A program made the translations under genes and the position numbers. From assembly GCA_965149855.1 (NCBI GenBank), contig CBCTTO010000005.1, positions 1,634 through 65,633 of the forward strand: a stretch of DNA of 64,000 nt, read 5' to 3'. Under the pieces are notes generated by a model. The model saw nothing but the letters and a program-made list of their open reading frames with translations, was not told where the DNA came from and did not search any database. Every line of letters begins with the position of its first letter. Position 1 is the first letter of the stretch. Origin of the DNA: an uncultured Collinsella sp. GTDB taxonomy: Bacteria > Actinomycetota > Coriobacteriia > Coriobacteriales > Coriobacteriaceae. Shown piece by piece: positions 40,224-49,818 of the stretch.

Positions 40224-40859
40224 TTACCCGCGCTGCGGACCCGATGCCGCCACGAGCGGCTCAACCCCCAGCTCGCGCGCATAGTCTTCTTGCGTAAAGA
40301 CTTCGACCAGATCAAACGTATCGGTTGCATCGTCAAATACAAAATGCAGCACTGAGCAGTTGCCCGGCACGCGCTCGCGCTCGTCGGCCGCCGCTCCCCT
40401 CACGTGGTCCAAAAATTCCTTGATGGCCGAGGCATGGCTCACCGCGAGCACGCACGAATGGTCCGGACTTCGCATAAGATCGGTCAACGTCGACACCATG
40501 CGCTCGCGCACCTGCATCTGCCCCTCACCACCAAACTGACGATAAAAGTCACGCCATGGGCGCTCGGGCATGAGCATCACGCGCTCGGCCTCAAAGTCGC
40601 CAAAAAACCACTCGCGCAGGCCATCAAGGCGCTCGTAGGCAAGGCCCGGCCACAGGTTGGCTATAGTCTGCTCGGTGCGGTGCAGTGTGGAGGTGTAGGC
40701 ATGATCGGGTTCGATGCCGCGCGCACGCAAGAACATACCGGCGCGCGCCGCCTGCTCGCAGCCCAACTGCGTGAGTGGCGAATCGCTCCAACCCTGAATA
40801 ATGCGCTTAAGGTTGAATATCGTCTGTCCATGACGGACCAGATACAGATCTTTATTCAT
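40224..40859 (-). CDS. Histidine phosphatase family protein
   Basis: LYLVRHGQT, QGWSDSPL, LREW and VSH. Confidence 0.92.
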   Translation of the reverse strand: MNKDLYLVRHGQTIFNLKRIIQGWSDSPLTQLGCEQAARAGMFLRARGIEPDHAYTSTLHRTEQTIANLWPGLAYERLDGLREWFFGDFEAERVMLMPERPWRDFYRQFGGEGQMQVRERMVSTLTDLMRSPDHSCVLAVSHASAIKEFLDHVRGAAADERERVPGNCSVLHFVFDDATDTFDLVEVFTQEDYARELGVEPLVAASGPQRG

Positions 40860-40877
40860 AGGGAGTCCTTTCGCTCG

Positions 40878-41420
40878 TTACCAATCAAGGAGCGAAAACG
40901 CCCCATCACAATAGCTAAAATGAAGCACGGCGCCGTTGTCGGGCTGTTCTCCCCCGCCGGCCACATACTCAAGAAACTCCTGGCAGGCAGAGCCATGAGA
41001 GACTGCAAGCACACAATCGTGCTGCGGTCGAGCCATAATACGGGACAGCGCTGCAACCATGCGCGCCCGTAGCTCGCCTTCAGATTCGCCACCAAAGGCC
41101 ACCGGATAATCACCCCAGGGCTGCGGCGGCATCTCGCAATTTGATGTGCCCTCCAGCGAGCCCAAGTGCCACTCGCGTAGGTCGTCGACCAGCTCTATGG
41201 GAAGGCCCTCACCAACGATCAGCTCTGCCGTACACCGTGCCCGACCCAACGGAGACGAATACGCATGGTCAAAGGAGATGCCGCGCGCCTCAAACGCCGC
41301 GCGCGTCGCCAGTGCCTGCTCGCGCCCGCGCGCCGTAAGCGGCGAATCGTGCCAGCCCTGCAAAATGTTCTGCACATTGAGCTCAGTCTGCCCATGCCGC
41401 ACCAAATACAGATCGGCCAC
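40878..41420 (-). CDS. Histidine phosphatase family protein (tandem paralogue)
   Basis: LYLVRHGQT, QGWHDSPL and VSHG; GTG start with GAGGGGAGG RBS. Confidence 0.9.
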   Translation of the reverse strand: MADLYLVRHGQTELNVQNILQGWHDSPLTARGREQALATRAAFEARGISFDHAYSSPLGRARCTAELIVGEGLPIELVDDLREWHLGSLEGTSNCEMPPQPWGDYPVAFGGESEGELRARMVAALSRIMARPQHDCVLAVSHGSACQEFLEYVAGGGEQPDNGAVLHFSYCDGAFSLLDW

Positions 41421-41503
41421 ATGCCCTCCCCTCGTACCACCACAAAGGGGACGGTCACCTTTGTGGTGGTTTTGCCGCCGGATCACGCCGCGGCGACGCT
41501 CAA

Positions 41504-42175
41504 CTACACCAGTACGTCGGCGAGTGGACGCTTGGGTACGTGGTGTACCTGCGCCTCGTCACGCCAGTAATTAATAGAGCCGTCGGGGTTGGAATCAATT
41601 GCATCGATCACCTGTGTCTCGGCGGGAACGCCAAAGACCATGATCAGCTTGACCTCGTACTTGTCGCCGTCAAGTCCCATGACATCAATCGCACGAGGCG
41701 GAAAAGCCTTGAACATGCACGCCGCCACCTCGGGCGTAGCGCTGCGGGCGGCGAGCATCATCGTCTGCGCGGCGATACCAGCGTCTGCCTCGGTGATTGG
41801 CGCGGCAGGCTTGCCCGGAGCGGGACGCTCTGCAAGGATCGCGATATAGCCGGTCGGGCGCTCGCCCTCGACAGGACCCGACCAATCCTTGAGCGCACCA
41901 GCCCATGTGAGCTTTTCAAATAAGCTCGAACACTCCTCGGCGTCGCTCACCACATGAAAACGCAGACGCTGAGCATTAGCGCCGCAGGGAGCCAGGTGCG
42001 CCAGCTCTGCCAGCTCAAGCAAAAACTCGCGCGGTACGCGCATGGACTCGTCAAATCGACGGCATGTGCGGGCACGACGGACCAGCGCGTCAAACGATTC
42101 CAGACCGAGCTTTTCGCAACCTTGCTTTGCCATCAACTCCACGCTCGACGGCGCCGCGGGAACAGCTTCGTTCAT
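41504..42175 (-). CDS. Nitroreductase family protein
   Basis: RTCRRF, APCGANAQ, DAGIAAQTMMLAA and HHVPKR. Confidence 0.9.
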   Translation of the reverse strand: MNEAVPAAPSSVELMAKQGCEKLGLESFDALVRRARTCRRFDESMRVPREFLLELAELAHLAPCGANAQRLRFHVVSDAEECSSLFEKLTWAGALKDWSGPVEGERPTGYIAILAERPAPGKPAAPITEADAGIAAQTMMLAARSATPEVAACMFKAFPPRAIDVMGLDGDKYEVKLIMVFGVPAETQVIDAIDSNPDGSINYWRDEAQVHHVPKRPLADVLV

Positions 42176-42437
42176 AGAGACCCCCAATACAAGGCAATTG
42201 TTCTTAGGAAAATCTAACCTAAAACGCAGGCAATAACGAACAGAGCCGCAATGTTCTACACCTGTTGAATAGAAAAACGCGACATGGGGAACAACGAGAA
42301 CAAATCGGGACCTTTGGGTTACACTTCGCCCTCCCCGACCCATACGCCGGTGCCTTTAGGCGATACTTGTTGTAGCAACTGCGACATACGCCGCAAAAAC
42401 AACAATGACGGCAAACGCCGCGCGGAAAGGAGACCTC

Positions 42438-43040
42438 ATGGGCATCTTTAAGAACGACGACCAGCAGTCGAATCTGTTTGGATTTGACGAGAAAAGCATG
42501 GCAGGCAAGGCAATCAAGGCCGTGCGCTGGATCTACGCCGTCACGGGCGTCATCGCGCTGCTTGCCGGCATCGCGCTGCTGTTTGCGCCCGCCAAGTCCC
42601 TCGTCTTCCTGACGACCGTCCTGGGCTTCTACTTTGTGATCACGGCTGGCGTCAGGCTGTTCACCGCCATTTTTGAGCCGCTGCTGCCCGCCGGCTGGCG
42701 CGTCACGAGCATCATCTCCAACCTGCTCATCATCCTGGGCGGCGTCATAATCCTGCGCAACCAGGCCTTCTCGACCGCGACGCTCACCACGCTCGTGGTG
42801 GTCGTGGCCGGTTTTGGCTGGATCGTCGAAGGTGTCATGTCCATTCTGGAGTCCGAGCTTTCGTCTAACCGCGCCCTTGCCATCCTGAGCGGCGCGCTCT
42901 CCATCATCGCCGGCATGTTCGTGTTTATCTATCCACTGTGGTCGGCAAAGATGCTCGTCATCTTTAGCGGCGCCGCGCTCCTGGTGTTTGGGGTGACGCT
43001 GATTATTCGCGCTATCCGCTTTGGCAAGCTGGTGCGCTAG
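42438..43040 (+). CDS. HdeD/DUF308 membrane protein
   Basis: Six hydrophobic helices in repeated G..L..P units; RBS AAGGAG. Confidence 0.8.
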   Translation: MGIFKNDDQQSNLFGFDEKSMAGKAIKAVRWIYAVTGVIALLAGIALLFAPAKSLVFLTTVLGFYFVITAGVRLFTAIFEPLLPAGWRVTSIISNLLIILGGVIILRNQAFSTATLTTLVVVVAGFGWIVEGVMSILESELSSNRALAILSGALSIIAGMFVFIYPLWSAKMLVIFSGAALLVFGVTLIIRAIRFGKLVR

Positions 43041-43523
43041 ATGCCGCGAACGCTGTTTATTGATGCTGACGCCTGCCCGGTCACGCGCGAGTCGATCGAC
43101 TGCGCGCGGCGGGCGGGCGTCGCCGTGGTGATTGCCGGCAACAGCACGCAGAACCTGGAGCGGCACATTCGCCGCGACGATCCACGTGATGCCGAGCACG
43201 CGCGACGCGGCTTTTGGGTCACCACGCTCGATGTGAGCGTGGGCGCCGATAGTGCCGACTTTGCCATTGTCGAACGTCTGCAGGCGGGCGACGTGGTCGT
43301 GACGCAGGACATTGGCCTGGCGAGCATGGTGCTCGGCCGCGATGCCTCCGCCATCGGCGTGCGCGGGCGCGTGTACGACAAGGCGACCATCGACATGCAG
43401 CTGTTTATTCGTCACGAGGAAAAGAAAGTGCGCCGCGCTGGCGGTCGCACCCGCGGGCCAGCAGCCTTCACCAGCGAAGACCGCGCCCGCTTTAAGCGCA
43501 ACCTCACCGAGCTGCTGCGCTAA
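43041..43523 (+). CDS. YaiI/YqxD (DUF188) family protein
   Basis: IDADACPV, DSADFAI, GDVVVTQDIGLA and GGRTRGP. Confidence 0.92.
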   Translation: MPRTLFIDADACPVTRESIDCARRAGVAVVIAGNSTQNLERHIRRDDPRDAEHARRGFWVTTLDVSVGADSADFAIVERLQAGDVVVTQDIGLASMVLGRDASAIGVRGRVYDKATIDMQLFIRHEEKKVRRAGGRTRGPAAFTSEDRARFKRNLTELLR

Positions 43524-43690
43524 CCAAGGCAGATTTTTGGGACATGCCTAAAACTCTGCCTTTTTGTTTTGGGCGGCGTGAGCGCTCAGGATCCATGGCT
43601 CAACAAAAAACGGGCTTCAAAATGCCATGCGTCGCCGCATTGTGTAGGCGCCGTGCATAGCTATTTTGAAGCCCGTTTTGTTAGGCCTAC

Positions 43691-44779
43691 TTAGAGGCCG
43701 AAGGCAGATAGGGCGAGGCCCCAGCCCACGCCGATGACGTACATCATGACCAGGAACACGGCGTTTTCGCGAGCACTGCGATTGGTGCGGAACAGCACCA
43801 GATAACCCACGCCGGCAGAAATGAGCGTGCCGGCGAGCATCGGTGCCAGTTGCAGTGCGCCTTCCAGATACAGCTGCGTAATGACCACGCTCGCCGAGCA
43901 GTTGGGGATCAGGCCGACAAGCGCCGAACCCAGGACGGCGAGCGTCTCGTTGCCACGCAGGAACTGCTCGATCGCAGATTCGCCAAAGGTCTCGAGCACG
44001 GCGACCAGAATCAGCGTCACTAGGAAAATGAATACCGATACCTGCACGGTATGCGAGATGGCGCTGCGGATAATCGACAGGACGGGCGCACCTTCGTGTG
44101 AGTGAGAGTGACCATGGCCATGATGGTGTTCATGCTCGCCCTCATGACCGTGATCGTGGACATGTCCATGTTCGTGCTCGTCCTCGTCTTCATCACAACC
44201 GCAATGGTCGCGCTCGCACAGCTCATGGATGTGATCGGCACTCACGCCAGCCTCGGCCACCTCGTCGATGATGTCACCGCCGCTGTGATCGTCATGCGCG
44301 CAGTTAACGTGCGCCGGATTGACAGCGGTTCCCAACACGGTACGGCGAATCGCCACATGCGCACGGGCGTTGCGACGCAGGCCGCGAATGGCAGCATCCA
44401 CGATAAAGCCCGTGACCAGCGCGATCAGCGCCTTCGAAGCCAAAAGCATCGCCATAGTCTGCACGGGAACCTGCTCGGCAAGTAGCAGCGGCAGCATCTC
44501 GTCGGAGGTCGAGAGAAACACCGCCACCAGGGTGCCCAGCGTCACGACGCGACCGGCGTATAGCGTTGCCGCCATGGCCGAAAAGCCGCACTGCGGCACC
44601 ATGCCCAGCAACGAGCCAACCACGGGGCCAGCGGCGCCGGCACGCTTAATGGCGCCGTTAACGCGGTCGCCCGCAACATGCTCAAGCGTCTCGAGGACCA
44701 GATATGTCACCAACAAGAACGGCACCAGCGAGAACGTGTCCTTGCCGGCGTCGAGCAGAATATCAATCAGCAAATCCAT
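43691..44779 (-). CDS. Putative manganese/divalent-metal transporter (DUF2899-like) with His-rich loop
   Basis: PQCGFS, STSDE and IPNCSAS; His/Glu-rich tract. Confidence 0.82.
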   Translation of the reverse strand: MDLLIDILLDAGKDTFSLVPFLLVTYLVLETLEHVAGDRVNGAIKRAGAAGPVVGSLLGMVPQCGFSAMAATLYAGRVVTLGTLVAVFLSTSDEMLPLLLAEQVPVQTMAMLLASKALIALVTGFIVDAAIRGLRRNARAHVAIRRTVLGTAVNPAHVNCAHDDHSGGDIIDEVAEAGVSADHIHELCERDHCGCDEDEDEHEHGHVHDHGHEGEHEHHHGHGHSHSHEGAPVLSIIRSAISHTVQVSVFIFLVTLILVAVLETFGESAIEQFLRGNETLAVLGSALVGLIPNCSASVVITQLYLEGALQLAPMLAGTLISAGVGYLVLFRTNRSARENAVFLVMMYVIGVGWGLALSAFGL

Positions 44780-44868
44780 GACGGATGGAACCTTTCGTGT
44801 CTTTCGGCAGCATTGTAAAAGTCCTAGCGGTCAACTAGGGTATTGTAATTGTCCTAGGCGTGATGCCA

Positions 44869-44890
44869 ATAGTTGCCCATGGTAAACTAT
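44869..44890. promoter_or_regulatory. Candidate DtxR/MntR operator
   Basis: Palindrome ATAGTTGCCCATGGTAAACTAT; related boxes upstream of the DtxR-family gene. Confidence 0.6.
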
Positions 44891-44950
44891 CATCTCGCCA
44901 TAACTCGACAAACCCGAGCCGCGCGACGCGGCCCGTCCAAGGAGCAGCAT

Positions 44951-45919
44951 ATGAACGTTTCGCAAGCACTCGAATACGAGCGCCAGCCGTTTATCCCCAT
45001 GTTTATCTACGGCGACCACGGCGCCATGGAATCCGAGCGTCAGAAAGGCGAAGAGGCCCTCAAGGTGCTCGAGACTGAGTACTTTACCGCCGAGGACGAC
45101 CCCGGCTTCGACTTTGCCACCGTGCGCGACCTAGCCGACCGCAACCGCGACCTGTGCGACCAGATTGGCGAGGCGCGCCTGCGCAACGTGACGCCCGCGA
45201 CGCTTTCGCGCGGCCTGTCCGACGCCGACACCTGCGCTGCCATCGGCAAGATGCAAAAGCGCACCGCCGCGTCCGTCATGCGCGAGATCCGCGGCGACCG
45301 CGACGCGCTCGGCGTCGCCTACGCCCGCAAGCCCATTCAGGGCACGGTGCTCGGCATCGACATCGAGACCACCGGCCGCGCACCCGAGCGCGGCTATATC
45401 ATCAACGTGGGCTGGGAGATCATGGACCTCACCAGCGACGCCGTCCCGCACGACGCCGAGGCGCACTACTGCGGCCTGCCCGATATCTACCGCGGCGAGG
45501 ATGTGCCGTTGTCGAATATCCACCACATCACCTGGGACGACATCGACGGCAAAACGCCCTTCCGCGAGAACAAAGAGCTGCAAAAGCAGCTGCTCAAGCT
45601 TATGAAGAAGTACCCGTACATGGCGCACAACGCCGCCTTTGAAGACAGCTGGTTCAAGATCCACTTGGACGGTTACGCCGAGGCACGCCGCGCGGGTAAG
45701 ATCATCGTCATCGACTCGCGCCAGATCTGCCGCAGCCTGGACGCCGATGTGCGCTCGCTCCCCCGCGAGTCCGCGCCCGCCGCGCTCGAGAACTGGGCGC
45801 GCCGCCGTGGCACCCTCGCCGCCGACGCCAACGAGCAGCACCTGGGCCTCGACGACACCGACCTCATGCTCCGTACCGTCCAGGCCGAGTTCAACCTCAA
45901 GAACCTATTTGCCAAGTAG
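44951..45919 (+). CDS. DEDDh 3'-5' exonuclease (DnaQ-like) with N-terminal extension
   Basis: GIDIETTG, AHNAAFED and H...DD; RBS AAGGAG. Confidence 0.85.
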   Translation: MNVSQALEYERQPFIPMFIYGDHGAMESERQKGEEALKVLETEYFTAEDDPGFDFATVRDLADRNRDLCDQIGEARLRNVTPATLSRGLSDADTCAAIGKMQKRTAASVMREIRGDRDALGVAYARKPIQGTVLGIDIETTGRAPERGYIINVGWEIMDLTSDAVPHDAEAHYCGLPDIYRGEDVPLSNIHHITWDDIDGKTPFRENKELQKQLLKLMKKYPYMAHNAAFEDSWFKIHLDGYAEARRAGKIIVIDSRQICRSLDADVRSLPRESAPAALENWARRRGTLAADANEQHLGLDDTDLMLRTVQAEFNLKNLFAK

Positions 45920-46160
45920 ATTGCCAAGCAGAGGCGCCATTCGCGAGCGATACTCGTCGGGCCATAACGCCCCGCGCAAAAGCGACACGCCGAGGCGTCC
46001 CTCTCAAGCAACGCAATGCGGGCCGATAACCAAGTGGATATCGGCCCGTTTTTGCACGTCGCTAAGGTACCCACGTTGGCATCAGCGGCCTTATTCGCGC
46101 CCACCGATGCCCTTAGCCGCCTTTGGGAGCATTCGATAGCAATATATTTCACGAATTATA

Positions 46161-46220
46161 TTGACATATGAACATGCGCTCATATACTCGAAAGTAAGTT
46201 ATATGAGCGCATGTTCATAT
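46161..46220 (+). promoter_or_regulatory. Promoter (TTGACA-16-TATACT) overlapped by two ArsR/SmtB operators; third box at 46942-46961
   Basis: ATATGAACATGCGCTCATAT (46166-46185) and its exact reverse complement (46201-46220). Confidence 0.8.
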
Positions 46221-46234
46221 GAAAGGATATTGCA

Positions 46235-46603
46235 ATGAGCGAACAAGCTGATGAAATGAAGTCCGGCATCGACACCAGCATCGTGCCCGACGTCCCCACC
46301 ACTTGCTCGCCCGAGGACCTTCCCGACGAGGAGCTGCTGTACGACCTTGCCGACCTGTTCAAGGTCTTTAGCGACACCACGCGTATCAAGATCCTCTATG
46401 CCCTCATGGGTCGCGAGCTCTGCGTGGCCGACATCGCCGAAGCGACCGCGACCTCGCAGTCTGCGGTGTCGCACCAGCTGCGCACGCTCAAGCAGTCGCA
46501 CCTGGTTAAATTCCGACGCGACGGGCGCAACATCCTCTACTCGCTTGCCGACGACCATGTCTACACCATGCTCAACCAAGGCATGAGCCACATCTGCGAA
46601 TAG
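46235..46603 (+). CDS. ArsR/SmtB metalloregulator (alpha5 DxH...H site)
   Basis: LFKVFSDTTRIKIL, ELCVADIA, SAVSHQL and DDHV..SHICE. Confidence 0.93.
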   Translation: MSEQADEMKSGIDTSIVPDVPTTCSPEDLPDEELLYDLADLFKVFSDTTRIKILYALMGRELCVADIAEATATSQSAVSHQLRTLKQSHLVKFRRDGRNILYSLADDHVYTMLNQGMSHICE

Positions 46604-46666
46604 CGACCAACCACGGTACCAGCGCGGCCTGCACCCAAGCCGCAAAAACGGGGAAAGGAACCCACC

Positions 46667-46885
46667 ATGAAAAAGCAGTTCAAGCTCGACGAGATCGACT
46701 GCGCCAACTGCGCGCGTAAGCTTCAGGACGAGCTGGCCAAGCTCGATGGCGTCAAGTCCGTTTCGGTCAACTTTATGACCCAGAAGTTAACGCTCGAGGC
46801 CGATGACGCCGAGTTCGACGAGGTCCTCGACCGCGTCGTGGAGTTTACCGCCGACGCCGAGCCGGACTGCGAGATCATTCTCTAG
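46667..46885 (+). CDS. Standalone heavy-metal-associated (HMA) domain protein
   Basis: DCANCA motif, 72 aa; RBS AAAGGA. Confidence 0.9.
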   Translation: MKKQFKLDEIDCANCARKLQDELAKLDGVKSVSVNFMTQKLTLEADDAEFDEVLDRVVEFTADAEPDCEIIL

Positions 46886-46983
46886 CCCAGATTACGCCAA
46901 CCTGCAAGGTCGCGCTTGCCGCGGCCTTTGCTCGCGAAATTATATGAGCGAGTGTTCATACATTCAAATGGGAGGATTGAATC

Positions 46984-48936
46984 ATGGCAACCGCCGATCC
47001 CAAGAAGAAAAAGAAGAAGCGTAAGAAGAAAGAGTCCCTTGAGCATAAGCGCAACCGTATCCTGGTAGCGCTAGGCATTTTTGCCGTTGTTTATGCCCTC
47101 GACGAGCTCGGAGCTCTCACTATCGCATTTGGGGAGCCCGGCAACGTCTACGCCAGTTTCGTGCTGTTCCTCGTGCCGTTTTTAATTGCCGGCTACGACG
47201 TGCTCCAAAAGGCATACAACAACATCCGCCGCGGCAAGGCCTTCGACGAAAGCTTCCTCATGGCCGTCGCGACCATCGGCGCGTTTGCCATGGTGCTCTT
47301 CCCCGATACCGATCCGCACATGGCCGAAGGCGCCGCTGTCATGCTGTTCTACCAGGTCGGCGAGCTGTTCCAGGCATACGCCGTGGGCAAGAGCCGCAAG
47401 TCGATCAGCGCCATGATGGACATCGCACCCGATTATGCCAACGTCGAGCAACTCGACGGCACACTCGAGCAGGTCTTTCCCGATGACATCGCCGTCGGCA
47501 CCGTCATCGTCGTCAAGCCCGGCGAGCGCGTGCCCATCGACGGCGTCATCGTCGAAGGCGAGACGCAGCTCGATACCGCCGCCCTTACCGGCGAGTCGGT
47601 CCCCCGCCCGGCCAAAACCGGAGACGATATCATCAGCGGCTGCATCAACATGACGGGTCTCATCCACGTGCGCACCACCAAGCCATTTGGCGAGTCCACC
47701 GTCGCGCGCGTCCTGGAGCTCGTAGAAAACGCCAGCGAAAAGAAGGCGCGTACCGAGAACTTCATCACGCGCTTCGCCCGCGTCTACACGCCCGCCGTCA
47801 CCGGCGCGGCCGCGGTACTCGCGCTCGGCGGCGGCTTGGTCACCGGCGCCTGGTCCGACTGGATCCTGCGCGGCCTGACCTTCCTGGTCGTCAGCTGCCC
47901 GTGCGCGCTCGTGATCAGCGTCCCGCTCAGCTTCTTTGGTGGCATCGGCGGCGCGTCCAAGCTGGGAGTTCTCATCAAGGGCTCCAACTACCTCGAGACG
48001 CTCGCCGATGTGGATACCGTCGTCTTTGACAAGACCGGCACGCTCACCAACGGCACGTTTTCGGTCGTGGCGGTACACCCCGAGACCGGCTATACCGAGC
48101 AGTCACTGCTTGAGGTCGCGGCCCTTGCCGAGTCGTTTTCCGATCACCCCATCGCGCAGTCGGTACGCACCGCCTTCCAGGGCGAGCTCGATCCCAAACG
48201 CGTAAGCGACTCCACCAATGACGCGGGCCATGGCGTGACGGCGAATATCGACGGCAAGCGCGTCATCGTCGGCAATGCCAAGATGCTTGCTGCGGCCGGT
48301 ATCGACGCCCCCAATTGCGAGGTCGTCGGTACGATCCTCCATGTACTGGTCGATGACACGTACGCCGGCCATATCGTAATTGCCGACACCATAAAGGCCG
48401 ATGCCAAGCAGGCGATTCGCGACTTGCACACTGCCGGCGTCAAACGCACCGTCATGCTCACGGGCGACCGTGAGGAGGTTGCAGCGTCTGTGGCCAAGCA
48501 GCTGGGGCTCGACGAGTTCCACGCGCAGCTCATGCCAGGCGATAAGGTCGAGCGCGTCGAGGCATTGCTGGCAGTCGAATCGAGCAAGGGCAAGCTCGCC
48601 TTTGTCGGTGACGGAATCAACGACGCACCCGTGCTCACGCGCGCCGACGTCGGAATCGCCATGGGCGCCATGGGCTCGGACGCCGCAATTGAAGCTGCCG
48701 ACGTGGTGCTGATGGACGACAAGCCGTCCAACATCTCCCGCGCGATCCGCGTGGCGCGCAAGACCATGACGATTGTTTGGCAGAACATCATCTTTGCGCT
48801 GGGCATTAAGCTGCTGATCCTGGTGCTCGCGGCGCTCGGCATCGCCAACATGTGGCTTGCCGTCTTTGGCGACGTGGGCGTGGCGATCATCGCCATCCTG
48901 AACGCCATGCGCGCGATGGGTGTCAAGAACCTGTAG
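46984..48936 (+). CDS. cadA: Zn/Cd-translocating P1B-type ATPase
   Basis: TGES, SCPCAL, DKTGT, HP and GDGIND. Confidence 0.93.
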   Translation: MATADPKKKKKKRKKKESLEHKRNRILVALGIFAVVYALDELGALTIAFGEPGNVYASFVLFLVPFLIAGYDVLQKAYNNIRRGKAFDESFLMAVATIGAFAMVLFPDTDPHMAEGAAVMLFYQVGELFQAYAVGKSRKSISAMMDIAPDYANVEQLDGTLEQVFPDDIAVGTVIVVKPGERVPIDGVIVEGETQLDTAALTGESVPRPAKTGDDIISGCINMTGLIHVRTTKPFGESTVARVLELVENASEKKARTENFITRFARVYTPAVTGAAAVLALGGGLVTGAWSDWILRGLTFLVVSCPCALVISVPLSFFGGIGGASKLGVLIKGSNYLETLADVDTVVFDKTGTLTNGTFSVVAVHPETGYTEQSLLEVAALAESFSDHPIAQSVRTAFQGELDPKRVSDSTNDAGHGVTANIDGKRVIVGNAKMLAAAGIDAPNCEVVGTILHVLVDDTYAGHIVIADTIKADAKQAIRDLHTAGVKRTVMLTGDREEVAASVAKQLGLDEFHAQLMPGDKVERVEALLAVESSKGKLAFVGDGINDAPVLTRADVGIAMGAMGSDAAIEAADVVLMDDKPSNISRAIRVARKTMTIVWQNIIFALGIKLLILVLAALGIANMWLAVFGDVGVAIIAILNAMRAMGVKNL

Positions 48937-48952
48937 CACTCGTGGTCCCTCC

Positions 48953-49079
48953 GGCCGGGGCCGGGTTTGGTTTTGAAAACGTCCTCGCGCATGAGGCCCG
49001 TCTTTCCTGCTCCTACGGAGCAACGGAAAGACGGGCCTCGCGCTGCGGAGTGTTTTCAAAACCAAACCCGGCCCCGGCC
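48953..49079. repeat. 127-bp nested palindrome with 28-bp perfect terminal arms (MITE-like)
   Basis: GGCCGGGGCCGGGTTTGGTTTTGAAAAC / GTTTTCAAAACCAAACCCGGCCCCGGCC, with inner GAGGCCCGTCTTTCC / GGAAAGACGGGCCTC. Confidence 0.8.
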
Positions 49080-49215
49080 TGCGGTGACGTTGCTGGTGGT
49101 TCTTGGGCATCGCTTGCTGGCGGGGTTCCTTGTCTGAGTTGGACTTAGTTGGTGGGGCTACTGGTCCCGGTCGCTGGTTCGCGCTTTGCGCGAACTCCGC
49201 GCTACTGGGGATCAA

Positions 49216-49605
49216 TTAGGCTTCCGTTGCTGGGCCCGCCACATCTTCCCGCCCCAACATCGATCTTAGCTTCTCAAAGCTCTCCTCGCTCAGGCAATGC
49301 TCCATGTGGCAGCCCTCTTGCGAGGCAACCTCGGGCGCTACACCTGCGTCCTCTAGCAGCCCCACAAAAAAGCAATGGCGCTCCCACATTTGACGGGCAA
49401 CCTCAATACCGCGTTCCGTCAGATGCACATCGCGTTTGCCCATCTCTACGTAGCCGTTGTTCTCCAACGCGGCCATGGCTTTGGAGACGCTTGCCTTGGT
49501 TACGCCCAGGTATTCGGCAACGTCAATCGATCGAACGATGCCTTGGCGCTCCGAGAGCACATAAATAGATTCGAGATAGTCTTCTCCGGATTCACGCAGG
49601 GCCAT
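49216..49605 (-). CDS. DtxR/MntR-family metal-dependent regulator (no FeoA domain)
   Basis: EDYLESIY, VRSIDVAEYLGVTKASVS, RH and EGCHMEH. Confidence 0.92.
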   Translation of the reverse strand: MALRESGEDYLESIYVLSERQGIVRSIDVAEYLGVTKASVSKAMAALENNGYVEMGKRDVHLTERGIEVARQMWERHCFFVGLLEDAGVAPEVASQEGCHMEHCLSEESFEKLRSMLGREDVAGPATEA

Positions 49606-49628
49606 GGACCGCCTTTCGCGATGGCTTC

Positions 49629-49722
49629 TAGTTAGCCTTTGGATACTTTTGCTTGATTTACTTTACCGCAAAAGTTGCCCATGTCTTACTGCGTTGTTAA
49701 AAAAGTTAACCGTGTTTCACAA
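49629..49722. promoter_or_regulatory. Two or three candidate DtxR/MntR autoregulatory boxes
   Basis: TAGTTAGCCTTTGGATACTT (49629), AAGTTGCCCATGTCTTACTG (49672) and weaker AAGTTAACCGTGTTTCACAA (~49703). Confidence 0.5.
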
Positions 49723-49818
49723 AATGCGCGAGGTAAGCAAGGCAACCCGGCACGAAACGCGCAAGGAATGTCCCCAGCTGCCGGCAGAAAAGGAACGTCC
49801 CCCAGTGCCGAGCCGCAG

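Noticed and set aside
43603..43682. 80-bp hairpin between convergent genes as a novel element
   Set aside because: Single copy with A/T tails on both sides; adequately explained as a bidirectional terminator.
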